From a virus (taxonomy: Duplodnaviria > Caudoviricetes), in the IMG/VR virus record IMGVR_UViG_3300037420_000490, positions 1 to 39,963 of that record: a DNA stretch of 39,963 nucleotides. The stretch is one strand, 5' to 3'. A program made the translations under genes and the position numbers. This document shows, in pieces, positions 25,121 to 33,836 of this stretch. Position 1 is the stretch's first letter. Each line of letters opens with the position of its first letter. Below the pieces are notes generated by a model that ran no database searches, was not told the origin of the DNA, and saw nothing but the letters and a program-made list of their open reading frames with translations.

Positions 25121-27126
25121 TAGCCGCCCTTTTGCAGTGACTTAAGTCGCAGTAGTGCTTGTTCCGGCGTCATCCGGTAGAGCCGCTGAAAGGCCTCGCG
25201 CTGACGCTGGCCAACAAGTCCACCGAGACGCATGACGCCCTGGGCTGCCTGGGCGATCTGGGTTTCGCGGTTGACGAACGCCTCGAGATCGGCCTGTGTC
25301 TTGAACTTGCCCTCCGGCACGAAGATCTTCATCGGGCCGAACTCCCGCGTATCTGCTGGCGACGGCGTCGGCAGGGCGGAGCGCTGAGCCGTTTTCGCTG
25401 GCTGGGCCGCTGGTTTCACTGGAGCCTTGGCCGCGGTGGCGGGACGCTTGGCCGAGCTCTGGAAGTCCACCTCGGGCATGCCGGTCGGCTGGCCGTAGAT
25501 GCTCATCGCCTGGGTCTGGGCGTTCATGAGGTTCTGATTGAACTCAGCGGTGCCGGGCGGGGCCGTGTTGTTCTCCGTCATCCACTTGGCCACATAGGCG
25601 GCCATTTGGGTCTGCTGAGCCTTGGTCCGCGCAGCCTGATCCTTCGGAGAAGGCGGCAGCCCACCATTAGCCAAGCCGGCCCACGCGCCGTATCCTTGGT
25701 CAGCATGAACGGCGCGGCCGAGGGCGATCTGGTGGTCCTGGTCGAACGGCTGGTTCTTCCAGTCCTTGCCGAACAGCTTGGGGGCGTATTTCGAGATGTT
25801 CTCGCTGGTGAGCTGCAGCCCGCCCGCGGCCGGGTAGGTCTTCTTGCCGTCAGAGCCGGGAACCACCCGCGGCGTCTGGCTGCGCTGCCAGCCAACGACA
25901 TCGCCCAGGCTCATCTTGGAGAGAGGACTGGGGGGCGCCTTGAACGGTCCGCCAGAGGTTCCGTCTGGGCTGCCGTAGTAAGCGTCCCAGTTAGCGGTTC
26001 CTTCCGCCCCCATGATGGCCGGGACGTTAGCGTCGAACGGCGCATCCGGGTCGATGCCGGTCTCATAGTAGGTCTTGGCTCGCCCCTGGCGCGATTCGGA
26101 GCTGTAGTAGCCCGCCTGTGCGCCCTCGAGGGTACGCTGCGAGACAGCGTTCGGGTGGACTTCCTGAGCCTGGGCATCGGTAAGGGCGGTCTGGGACCGC
26201 TTATAGATGTTGTCGGCGACCTGCGACGCGAGCGCCGAGTTATCGAGGATATGCTGCCGCATCGCATCTGGCGAGGCATAGGACGCGGCCTCGAGGAAGA
26301 TCTTGTCGACCGCGGTCAGCCCGGTCTTCGGGTCCACTGCCGGAATCTTGTCCGTGCTGAACAGCTGGTCACCGTGCTGCGTGGTGACGTAGTGGTTGAC
26401 GGTGATGCTGCCGTCCTTGCCGATGTCAAAGTCAGCTTTGCCCAGGTCGGGCATCAGACCTGCGTAGGCATCCTTCAACATCGTGAGACCCTTGGCCGGG
26501 TCCACTGCGGCAACGCGCTTCGCCTGCATCACAGCCGCGCCGTACTTGGCCGACTGGTTCTCGATGTTGCCCTTCTCGATCGCCTGAGCCGATTGCTCCA
26601 GCTGCGCCCCAACGACCGGGTCAAACGACGACATCGCGCCGGCGAGAGCCCGGACACGGTCGGGACCGTCGAGTGCCTTTATGCGCTTACTAGGCGCATA
26701 CATCACCTGGCCGTTCACCATCACCGGGTGGTAGTCGGAAGCGCTGAGCGCAGGAGTTTCTGGCGGTAGAGCGCTTGGCGTAGGCATCGCAGCCTGCGGG
26801 GCGGGCGGCGGAACAGCTGCGTCTGGAGAAGGAGCTGGCGTGGGGGCTACGTCCGGCACCGGGAGCGCAGCCTGCTTGGGCGCCTTCTTGCCTTTGGGCG
26901 CAGACATCTCCTTGTAGGCATCGGGGCTCAGCAGCCCGTTCGTATCGTTCGGGTTGTCGAGCGTGTTCGTGGCGGCCTGTAGCGCGGTGCGCTGCTGGTC
27001 GATGCGGTCCCACTCGGCCTTCTGGTGCTCGAACTCCTCCTGCTGGCGGCGCTGGTCCGCCATCTCGCTGGCAATGCGAGCGCCCTGACTAAACCCGCCT
27101 GCGAACCCGCCGAAAAAGTTAGCCAT
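25120..27126 (-). CDS. internal virion/ejection protein with lysozyme-like domain
   Basis: MANFFGGFAGGFSQG start typical of ejection proteins; AIMGAEG...YYG...AAGGLQL...FDQDHQ...WAGL resembles a lambda R/GH24-like fold. Confidence 0.7.
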   Translation of the reverse strand: MANFFGGFAGGFSQGARIASEMADQRRQQEEFEHQKAEWDRIDQQRTALQAATNTLDNPNDTNGLLSPDAYKEMSAPKGKKAPKQAALPVPDVAPTPAPSPDAAVPPPAPQAAMPTPSALPPETPALSASDYHPVMVNGQVMYAPSKRIKALDGPDRVRALAGAMSSFDPVVGAQLEQSAQAIEKGNIENQSAKYGAAVMQAKRVAAVDPAKGLTMLKDAYAGLMPDLGKADFDIGKDGSITVNHYVTTQHGDQLFSTDKIPAVDPKTGLTAVDKIFLEAASYASPDAMRQHILDNSALASQVADNIYKRSQTALTDAQAQEVHPNAVSQRTLEGAQAGYYSSESRQGRAKTYYETGIDPDAPFDANVPAIMGAEGTANWDAYYGSPDGTSGGPFKAPPSPLSKMSLGDVVGWQRSQTPRVVPGSDGKKTYPAAGGLQLTSENISKYAPKLFGKDWKNQPFDQDHQIALGRAVHADQGYGAWAGLANGGLPPSPKDQAARTKAQQTQMAAYVAKWMTENNTAPPGTAEFNQNLMNAQTQAMSIYGQPTGMPEVDFQSSAKRPATAAKAPVKPAAQPAKTAQRSALPTPSPADTREFGPMKIFVPEGKFKTQADLEAFVNRETQIAQAAQGVMRLGGLVGQRQREAFQRLYRMTPEQALLRLKSLQKGG

Positions 27127-27128
27127 GT

Positions 27129-28199
27129 CTAGTAGACCTTCGAGTTGTCGACATACAGGAGGCCGTCCTCATCCGCCGACACGGCTTCGGGGATGATCGG
27201 CGCAACCTGCTGCGCGATGACGCCGATGTAGTCGCCGGGCTTATCCGGCTCGAACTCGGGCTTGTAGCGGAAGCGGACAACCTCGACGCCCGACGGAAGG
27301 ACGCCGATGACACGGACGTCTTCCTTGGCGCGCGCGTCGGACATGCCAAAGCCCGGGATAAAGCTCGCGCCGATGCCCGCGGCCGTGCCGAGGAACTGGC
27401 CGATGCCGCTCGGCTGAGAGTTGATCTGGGCCTGCGCAGCGATGTCGGACGAGCCCAGGCGCGCGTAGTTGTCCATGATGTTGCCGTAGCCGCTGAGCGC
27501 GGTCTGGTAGCCCTGCATGACGCCCTGGCCGGCCTGCGCACCCGTCGCGAGCGCCTGGTTCGCCACTCCGAACGCTCCCGCCGCATTGCTGGCGGCGCCG
27601 GCGCCGAACTGGAGGATTCCCGACTGGCCGCCGCGGCCGAAGTTGGCGGCGTCGGACGTTAGCTGCATGCCGAGGGTTCGCGCAGCGTTACGCGCCCGGT
27701 TCATCGCGTTAGCTTGTGCGGCCGCGCCCATGACCGCGCGATCACTTGCGGCGGCAATGGCCGCTGGCGACGTCGGGTCGATTCCCATGGCCGCCATGCG
27801 GCGGTCCATCTGCCCCTGCTGGGCCTGTTGCGCCGTCGCAAAGTCGCCCTTCGCGAGCTCGGCCTGGCGTTCAAACTCCTGGGGCTCGGAGTACTGCGAG
27901 ACCATGTCGTAGTAGCGGTTCTCTGCCGGGATGCCGTACTGCTTGTAGCGGTTGAGCGCGAGCTGCATCTGGCTCGTGTTGACATCGTAGAGCGCGCCTA
28001 GCTTCTGCTGGGCCGCAGCAGACGCGTCGGCTTGTTGCTTCAACAGCGGCGAGATGGTGTTGGTGAAGTAGGACTCCGAAAACTGCTCGGCGCGCGCAGC
28101 GGTCGCTGCCGACGATGCGGCCGCGGCACTGATCTGGGGATCGTAGGTCGAGCCGCTGGAACTGCTGCCCTTTCCGCCGCCGCAAATGTCTTTAAACAT
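27129..28199 (-). CDS. DNA ejection/pilot protein with C-terminal Peptidase_S74-type intramolecular chaperone
   Basis: CGGGKGSS N-terminus, Ala/Gly/Gln-rich body; SDARAKEDV...FRYK...IGVIAQQV...PEAV...VD. Confidence 0.75.
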   Translation of the reverse strand: MFKDICGGGKGSSSSGSTYDPQISAAAASSAATAARAEQFSESYFTNTISPLLKQQADASAAAQQKLGALYDVNTSQMQLALNRYKQYGIPAENRYYDMVSQYSEPQEFERQAELAKGDFATAQQAQQGQMDRRMAAMGIDPTSPAAIAAASDRAVMGAAAQANAMNRARNAARTLGMQLTSDAANFGRGGQSGILQFGAGAASNAAGAFGVANQALATGAQAGQGVMQGYQTALSGYGNIMDNYARLGSSDIAAQAQINSQPSGIGQFLGTAAGIGASFIPGFGMSDARAKEDVRVIGVLPSGVEVVRFRYKPEFEPDKPGDYIGVIAQQVAPIIPEAVSADEDGLLYVDNSKVY

Positions 28200-28647
28200 G
28201 GCGGCAGTCCTCGCGATGCATCACGTAAAGAATGACGTCCTGGCCATCCTGGCCGGCGCCTTTGAGGACAGCTTCCTCCTTGAACCCCACGTGTTCGTCG
28301 AAGCGGCGGGAAGCGAAGTTGTTGACTTCGACCCAGCCGGTCATGCGCCGGGCCCCGAGCTGGACGAACGGGTAGTGCATCGTCCAGTAGAGGAAGTCGC
28401 GGGTTAGCCAGCGCTTCCCGGGCTCCGCTGCGACATGTACGAAGACGTTCGAGCCGTTAAAGTCCTGGTACAGCACGGCAGCGATGATCTCGCCGTCGCG
28501 CTTCTGCACGATGGCCTTCTGCCACTCGGACCGGTAGACCTTGAAAAAGCGGTTGATGAACTCAAACCCGCCCTCGTTGTCGCACTCGACCGAGAACCTG
28601 GGCTGGTGCACCGCCGACAGCTGCTGATCTGACTGCATCATCCTCAC
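28192..28647 (-). CDS. GNAT-family acetyltransferase-like virion assembly protein
   Basis: W.TRDFL....HYPFVQLG.RRMTG.V...N.ASRRFDEH.GF.EEA.L; position before the ejection genes. Confidence 0.8.
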   Translation of the reverse strand: MRMMQSDQQLSAVHQPRFSVECDNEGGFEFINRFFKVYRSEWQKAIVQKRDGEIIAAVLYQDFNGSNVFVHVAAEPGKRWLTRDFLYWTMHYPFVQLGARRMTGWVEVNNFASRRFDEHVGFKEEAVLKGAGQDGQDVILYVMHREDCRHV

Positions 28648-28841
28648 GAAAGCCTATCTATGACTTTGTTGAGCGCGATGATGACGTCTGCCAGGGTGGC
28701 GCTGTCTTCTACGGGCGTTAGCCGTACTTTACGGCCTCGCTTTCCTGTTAGCAACTCAATATTCTCTTTCATCGCGAGCAGCGCCTCTCGGGTGCTCGGA
28801 TCTGACATGGGTGGGATGTGGGGAATCGCGGGACCGCTCAC
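28644..28841 (-). CDS. small virion-associated hypothetical protein
   Basis: PAIP...MKENIELLTG.RG; GTGA overlaps at both ends. Confidence 0.7.
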   Translation of the reverse strand: MSGPAIPHIPPMSDPSTREALLAMKENIELLTGKRGRKVRLTPVEDSATLADVIIALNKVIDRLS

Positions 28842-30904
28842 TGGCGCAGCTCCAGAACAGTCGTCGCCACCTGCACCGATCGCACGTTGAGATTGCCGAC
28901 CAGGCGAATCTCGATGTCGCGGCTCTTGAACGGGGGGATGCGCACCGGGTCGAACGAAGTCAGCGTGAGCGCTGCGTGGAGGTCACCATCGCCATAGAGA
29001 TAGACCTGGGCGGAGCGAGCGGAGGCAGCTGGTGGGACGTTCAGGAGGATGCTGCCGTTCACATCATAGAGGTCGAGCACGGTCCTGTTCAGCTCACCGC
29101 CCGGGTCACCGACATGCGCCTGGTTGTACGCGAGGATCTCTGCGACCTGCTGCTGGTACGCCGCGGCGAGCGTCGCCTGGTTATAGTCGCCGTCGAGCTT
29201 GAGGACGGAGAACGTAGTTGCCTGGGGAAATACGAAGCGCTTGGACTTCCACTCGTAGTAGAGCGGGTTGTTCTCGTCGGCGTCGAACTTGTAGACCTTG
29301 TTGTCGGCTGCGCTGCAGTAATAAAGGTCGCCGGTCTTCGTATCCGTGTGGAGAGCCGTCGCGAGCAGGTCAATTCTGGACAGCGCCGGCACGTCGTCAG
29401 GGCTGAGCACGAACGAGGTCGAGTCCGACGCGTAAGCTCCGAGATACTTGCCGTCGAACGTCGCGGCGATGATCGTTCCCGGGACAACCTGCTGCCATTC
29501 ATCCCGTCGGAACAGGCTATTGGTAACCAGCGAACGCTGCTGGAATCCTACGGCCATGAGCCCGTTAGGGCTGGCGTAAAGTGCTCCGCCATCGAGCGCA
29601 ACGATCGAGCGCTTGGAGACGCACGGCTCGAGCATGGGGACACGCTCGACTGACATATCGCCTGGCGTGCCGCCGTTGATGATGTACGGGAACCGCTCCG
29701 TCATCACCGCCACCGAAGTACCGAACACGGCCAAGCCGACAACCTTGTGAGGAACGTTGAGCGCGTAGTCGAGCGGCCACGCGTGCGGGAAGAACGGCTC
29801 CGAGAAATATACGGTGTTGCCGGAGAACCCGGCTAGGGTGCCTGAGGGCAGCGACACCAGCCCAGCCAGGTCGCTGGGGGGCGGCAGCCAGCCGATCGTG
29901 CCCAGGGCCTCGCCGAGCTGTGCCGCTGTGCGCAAGTCCGGGTAAGTGCTCGAGCTGTACGCTACGCCGTTGGTGGAAGTTCCCGAGGCGACCACGACGC
30001 CTGTAGCCGCGGTGACAGGGATCTGATCTACGAACTCATAGCTGTCGGTGGTGGCGCCCGTAACCGACCGGTAAATACGGATAGCTGTGATGTTGTAGTT
30101 GGTCGTCGGGGCGGTCGAGAACCCGCTAATGTTGACTGTGTCGCCGCTGTATAGGGTGATGATCCCGCTCGCAGGCGAGGGCGCGCTCTCTTCCGTTATC
30201 GAGCCAAACGTCGAGACGTATGTGTACACGTACACACGGTTCTCGGCGTAGGTGAACACCTTGACTCCGGAGCCTGTCGTCGTGGCGGCGACCGAGCTGG
30301 TTGCATTCTCGGAGGTTCCGAGCTCGAAGGTATGCGTCGTGTGGTTGCGAACCTTGTACTTCTTGCCGGCGGTAATCCCCGTCGGCATCGTGGTCGCGTT
30401 AAACACGACCTCCTGGCCGTCAGCGAACCCGTGGTCGTTCAGTGTAACCACCGCCGGGGTCGCCGCGGTGACGGTGACAGCAGAGCCTGCTGAGACCACG
30501 GTCGTCGTGGGGGCGGCCGCCGGGGCCGGAACGCCCATGTTCCGCCATCCACGCGGGTACGCGCCAGTGCCAGTGCTTACCAGGGTCTCGTTGGTCTTCT
30601 TCGGGACGCCGTCGCCTGTGTAGTAGAGTCGGTAGTCCGTCGTGTCGGTGGTCGGCGAGGTGACCACGTCGACGTCGTTGGTCCAGGTCAGGGTGTACGG
30701 CGAGGGCGTGCTTGCATAGTAGCGATAGATCGCCTTCACGCCGGAGATCGGCGGGGTGTATGACAGCAGCGGACCGCGCCAATACCGCAGCTCGCGGCTG
30801 TACAGCTTGACGTTATCCGCGATCTGGGCCTGGTTGTCCCCCAGCATGGTCGGCGAGGCGCGAGGGACGATGCCGTCGAACCCCATAATCTTGAGCTGCG
30901 GCAT
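28838..30904 (-). CDS. tail nozzle / tail tubular protein B (stabilisation protein)
   Basis: F.GIVPR..P.ML...AQ.A.N; YVYTYVS.FG..EESAPSP; IRIYRS; FSEP..PHAWP..Y; YASPNGL; Y.WKSKRF. Confidence 0.78.
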   Translation of the reverse strand: MPQLKIMGFDGIVPRASPTMLGDNQAQIADNVKLYSRELRYWRGPLLSYTPPISGVKAIYRYYASTPSPYTLTWTNDVDVVTSPTTDTTDYRLYYTGDGVPKKTNETLVSTGTGAYPRGWRNMGVPAPAAAPTTTVVSAGSAVTVTAATPAVVTLNDHGFADGQEVVFNATTMPTGITAGKKYKVRNHTTHTFELGTSENATSSVAATTTGSGVKVFTYAENRVYVYTYVSTFGSITEESAPSPASGIITLYSGDTVNISGFSTAPTTNYNITAIRIYRSVTGATTDSYEFVDQIPVTAATGVVVASGTSTNGVAYSSSTYPDLRTAAQLGEALGTIGWLPPPSDLAGLVSLPSGTLAGFSGNTVYFSEPFFPHAWPLDYALNVPHKVVGLAVFGTSVAVMTERFPYIINGGTPGDMSVERVPMLEPCVSKRSIVALDGGALYASPNGLMAVGFQQRSLVTNSLFRRDEWQQVVPGTIIAATFDGKYLGAYASDSTSFVLSPDDVPALSRIDLLATALHTDTKTGDLYYCSAADNKVYKFDADENNPLYYEWKSKRFVFPQATTFSVLKLDGDYNQATLAAAYQQQVAEILAYNQAHVGDPGGELNRTVLDLYDVNGSILLNVPPAASARSAQVYLYGDGDLHAALTLTSFDPVRIPPFKSRDIEIRLVGNLNVRSVQVATTVLELRQ

Positions 30905-30910
30905 GGCCGA

Positions 30911-31147
30911 TCACCTGAAATTGCGTTTGCGGTTTTTCGACGCCGAAATCACTCGCAGGTTCTTCGCTCCGTTGCCCGCGCCGACGCGGTGGATATGGTC
31001 GACGTCCTTGCCGTCGCCCTTCTTGACCTTGCCGGCCTTCATCATCTTGTAGCGCGCGCGATTACGCGCCTCGCGCTTCTTAATCTGCGCCGGCTTCTTC
31101 TGGTACTTCGCCTGGGCGCGCAGCTGCGCGTCGGACGTCTTGCTCAC
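30911..31147 (-). CDS. small basic HNH-like protein
   Basis: GDGKDVDH...NLRVISASKNR. Confidence 0.7.
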   Translation of the reverse strand: MSKTSDAQLRAQAKYQKKPAQIKKREARNRARYKMMKAGKVKKGDGKDVDHIHRVGAGNGAKNLRVISASKNRKRNFR

Positions 31148-31323
31148 TTCTTCCGCAGCTTTTTCAAGGTCTGGGCAAATCGCGCTTCCTTACCGAGACG
31201 GCCCGGTGCCTTGGCGGCCCGGGCAATCTTGGCGGCAGGGATTTTCTTGCCCTGAGGGACACCCAGCGCACTATGCAAAGCGCCGGGGCGCTTGATCGCT
31301 TTCTGGATGAACTTCTTGGCCAT
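31144..31323 (-). CDS. small highly basic protein (59 aa)
   Basis: MAKKFIQKAIKRPGALHSALGVPQGKKIPAAK...ARFAQTLKKLRKK; coupled overlaps; not in the ORF track. Confidence 0.7.
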   Translation of the reverse strand: MAKKFIQKAIKRPGALHSALGVPQGKKIPAAKIARAAKAPGRLGKEARFAQTLKKLRKK

Positions 31324-31511
31324 TAGGCCTTGACCTTGCCACCGTACGGGCCGTTGATCTGCGACGACTTCGCGCCTTGGCCGGCCGGAACCGGAACCTT
31401 CGGTGCAGTCATGTTCGCCGGCTCGGCGCCGCCGCCGTGATCCGGACGGTCCGTGAGTGCCAGGTGGTCGACGGGCTTGAGCTGCTTCGCCTGACCGATC
31501 ATATTCGCCAT
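31323..31511 (-). CDS. small hypothetical protein (62 aa)
   Basis: AAAGGA RBS, ATG at 31511 (MANMIGQAKQ...). Confidence 0.65.
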   Translation of the reverse strand: MANMIGQAKQLKPVDHLALTDRPDHGGGAEPANMTAPKVPVPAGQGAKSSQINGPYGGKVKA

Positions 31512-31548
31512 GTTAGCTAGTCCTTTCTCGATAACATAATAACACGCT

Positions 31549-31989
31549 TCACAGCTTGCCACCACCTTGGAAGTATGACAGCGGGTGTCCGCCGGTGTAC
31601 TGGAAGTGCGGCAATTCCTTGAATGTGCGCCAGCGGCCGGCCCACTCGAGGCCAACGCTCTCGCCGATGTTACCGATCCGCTGCCACAGCATCTCGTCGG
31701 CGCCGGTGGCGCCCCAGACAGGCTTACCTGCCCGCAGGGGGACAACATCGAACGCCAGGTGGTAGTTGTGGAAGGACTGGCCGGCCTTTGCGTTAGTGAC
31801 TTTCTTGACGCGTACGCCATGTTCCCACAGCATCGTGCGACCACGGGCATAGAGCGCGTCTTGCTCCTCGAAGCTGCGGTAGGTGCAGGTCACCAGGATG
31901 TCGATTCCCTCGGCGGCACACTTGGTGAGGAAAAGCCGCGCCATCGTCGCGACCTTTGGGTCAAGGTCTTCCAGCTTACGGCTGCACAT
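31549..31989 (-). CDS. endolysin, M15 family (L-Ala-D-Glu-type) peptidase
   Basis: TYRS.EEQDALYARGRT...VTNAKAGQSFHNY.LAFD...LEW.GRW..F.ELPHFQ. Confidence 0.92.
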   Translation of the reverse strand: MCSRKLEDLDPKVATMARLFLTKCAAEGIDILVTCTYRSFEEQDALYARGRTMLWEHGVRVKKVTNAKAGQSFHNYHLAFDVVPLRAGKPVWGATGADEMLWQRIGNIGESVGLEWAGRWRTFKELPHFQYTGGHPLSYFQGGGKL

Positions 31990-31992
31990 GTG

Positions 31993-32220
31993 TTAGCCTT
32001 TCGACGCGATAAGGGTGTAGATCTTGTCGAGGAGCTCGTGGATGCGCCCCAGGTCGACCCGGTAGTCATCCTTCTGGACGTAATCCTTCGGGATCTCCTC
32101 TCGCAGGGAGGAGAGGTCTTTCTTGAGCTCGCGCACGGCGTCCCACAGCTGCCGAGCCAACCAGCCAAGCAGCGCTGCCATGACGCCGGCCCCGATATTA
32201 AACGCGGTCTGGAAGTCCAT
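31993..32220 (-). CDS. single-TM coiled-coil protein (holin/antiholin-like)
   Basis: GAGG RBS, MDFQTAFNIGAGVMAALLGWL...YV.KDDYR; adjacent to the endolysin. Confidence 0.6.
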   Translation of the reverse strand: MDFQTAFNIGAGVMAALLGWLARQLWDAVRELKKDLSSLREEIPKDYVQKDDYRVDLGRIHELLDKIYTLIASKG

Positions 32221-32425
32221 CGACCTGTACCTCTTCAATCGGTGGGGTGATTGTGGGCCCGATCTCGACGCACGGAGCGACGCGATAGGCTACCTTGGCG
32301 GGGGCGCCGGGATCAGTGATGGCTTGGGTCTCAATGAGCAGGGGCTGCGTGGCATCGCCAGCGTGTTCGAGCATCAGGAACGCCATGAGCCCTGCTGCAA
32401 GGAACGCGAGGGCACGGCCGGTCAT
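32198..32425 (-). CDS. small signal-peptide/TM protein in the lysis cassette
   Basis: ATGA overlap; N-terminal hydrophobic segment. Confidence 0.5.
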   Translation of the reverse strand: MTGRALAFLAAGLMAFLMLEHAGDATQPLLIETQAITDPGAPAKVAYRVAPCVEIGPTITPPIEEVQVDGLPDRV

Positions 32426-32661
32426 TTCCCGTCCCTCGCGCGCCGGAGCGAGTAGTCGACCAAGGCGAACCAGAGGATAGCTCCGGTGATTTTGGCCCAG
32501 CTAGGGAGATCCCCGCCCAGCTCGGTCACTGCCTGTGGATATGCGATGTTGAGCAACACGACGCCGCCGAACAAGGACGCGGCAATCCCGTTGAGGGCTC
32601 GCAGAAGCCCGAGCCACACGGCGGAGTGGCGGAGACGGTCGAGAACGGAACGCAAGCTCAT
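32422..32661 (-). CDS. putative holin (2 TM)
   Basis: 79 aa, two hydrophobic segments, basic C-terminus, inside the lysis cassette. Confidence 0.55.
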   Translation of the reverse strand: MSLRSVLDRLRHSAVWLGLLRALNGIAASLFGGVVLLNIAYPQAVTELGGDLPSWAKITGAILWFALVDYSLRRARDGK

Positions 32662-33209
32662 TTCTGCTGCTCTGCGGCTTCACGCTGCTGTTGGTCGGCT
32701 GCTCGCCAGCCCTTCACCTCGTTGAGGTTGAGGTCGTGCTGTTCGGCCCAGGCGACGGCGTCATCGAATGGCATCGCGATGAGGTTGGCCCCTCCTCCTG
32801 CAGGCACTTGATCCACGGCAGCATCGGCGGGCCGAGGGGGCGAGACGTGTCGACTGGTGGAGGTGGCGGCAGTAGCGGTACAGGCAGCTTTTCCCGGCCC
32901 GCGCACGCGCAGGTCGTTAGCAAGAGCAATGCTAGTACGGTTAGCCTCATCGGTCTGTTTCCTGATCTTGGCGGCCCGGTCGTTCGCGCGCTTCGCGAGC
33001 GCTTGAGCCTGTTGCGTAATTTTTGCGTACGCGCGGTCTTCGCCGCGCTTCTCTGCCGCGGCGATCGCCTTGTGCGCGACATGCTGGTGCCAAGCCACAA
33101 GCGCGAGCGCGAGGAGCGCGGCGACCAGCCCTAGCCAGACCTGGCGAGGGATCTTCTTCGCCGTGTCGGCCAGCATGGGCCACAGCGTCAGTCGGAGGAA
33201 CGCCAGCAT
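32658..33209 (-). CDS. Rz: i-spanin (Rz-like)
   Basis: N-terminal TM (VWLGLVAALLALALVAW) followed by a coiled coil; contains an embedded lipoprotein ORF; start could be 33176. Confidence 0.7.
   Translation of the reverse strand: MLAFLRLTLWPMLADTAKKIPRQVWLGLVAALLALALVAWHQHVAHKAIAAAEKRGEDRAYAKITQQAQALAKRANDRAAKIRKQTDEANRTSIALANDLRVRGPGKAACTATAATSTSRHVSPPRPADAAVDQVPAGGGANLIAMPFDDAVAWAEQHDLNLNEVKGWRAADQQQREAAEQQK
32714..32950 (-). CDS. Rz1: o-spanin (Rz1-like) lipoprotein embedded in Rz
   Basis: AGGA RBS then MRLTVLALLLLTTCACAG (lipoprotein signal) and a Pro-rich mature part, in an alternative frame within Rz. Confidence 0.72.
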   Translation of the reverse strand: MRLTVLALLLLTTCACAGREKLPVPLLPPPPPVDTSRPLGPPMLPWIKCLQEEGPTSSRCHSMTPSPGPNSTTSTSTR

Positions 33210-33214
33210 GCTCG

Positions 33215-33832
33215 TTACCCTGTACCGAACGCGGTCAGGTTGATCGTCCACGTGTTGCTGCCGCTGGTTAGCGTAATGGTCACGGAGCGATCGCTGAGAC
33301 CCTGAGTGACGGTGAACGTGATCTGAGTCCCCGATCCGCCGCTCGACGGAGTAGAAGACAAGAACGTGGTTTGCCCCGTGGCACTCCAGGTCCAGGTTAC
33401 CGACGAGGAATTACTGACCGTGAACGTCGCTGGGCCGGAGCTGTTGTTATTGGCCGAGTAAGTGCCTGGTGCCGGGCTGAACGACGAGCTGCCGCCCGAG
33501 CCAGTCGCGGTGAGGTTGATCGTCCAGGTCTTTCCGTTGCTGGTCAGTGTGACCGTGGTCGAGCGCGTCGTCGTACCCTGGGCGAGCGTGAAGGTGATGG
33601 AAGCCGCAGAGGAGCCGCTGGCACGGTTGGAGGTAAGGCCCGTGCTAGATGTCGCGCTCCAGGTCCAAACAACAGGATCGCTGGCCGTGACGGTGAAGGT
33701 GGCCCCAACTCCGCCGGTGCCATTGTCAGTGCGCGAATAGGTACCGGCGTTGGGGGAGAACGTAAGGGTGCCGCCGCCGCTTCCGCCTTTGCCGGTGTTG
33801 TTAGCCATTCGTAGGATGACGATGGGCTTCAT
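33215..33832 (-). CDS. tail-associated protein with two tandem Ig-like repeats
   Basis: Two ~85 aa repeats FSP..GTYS...ATFTV..S..V.WTWSAT...ITFT..QG...RS.T.TLTS...TWTINLTA. Confidence 0.75.
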   Translation of the reverse strand: MKPIVILRMANNTGKGGSGGGTLTFSPNAGTYSRTDNGTGGVGATFTVTASDPVVWTWSATSSTGLTSNRASGSSAASITFTLAQGTTTRSTTVTLTSNGKTWTINLTATGSGGSSSFSPAPGTYSANNNSSGPATFTVSNSSSVTWTWSATGQTTFLSSTPSSGGSGTQITFTVTQGLSDRSVTITLTSGSNTWTINLTAFGTG

Positions 33833-33836
33833 AATA

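Noticed and set aside
19220-26769. Long + strand ORFs (490, 595, 598 and 536 aa) antisense to the ejection genes, and similar shadows such as 11907..13343 and 14135..15391
   Set aside because: These are typical antisense shadows of GC3-biased genes, with no RBS, no recognisable motifs and full overlap with well-supported genes.
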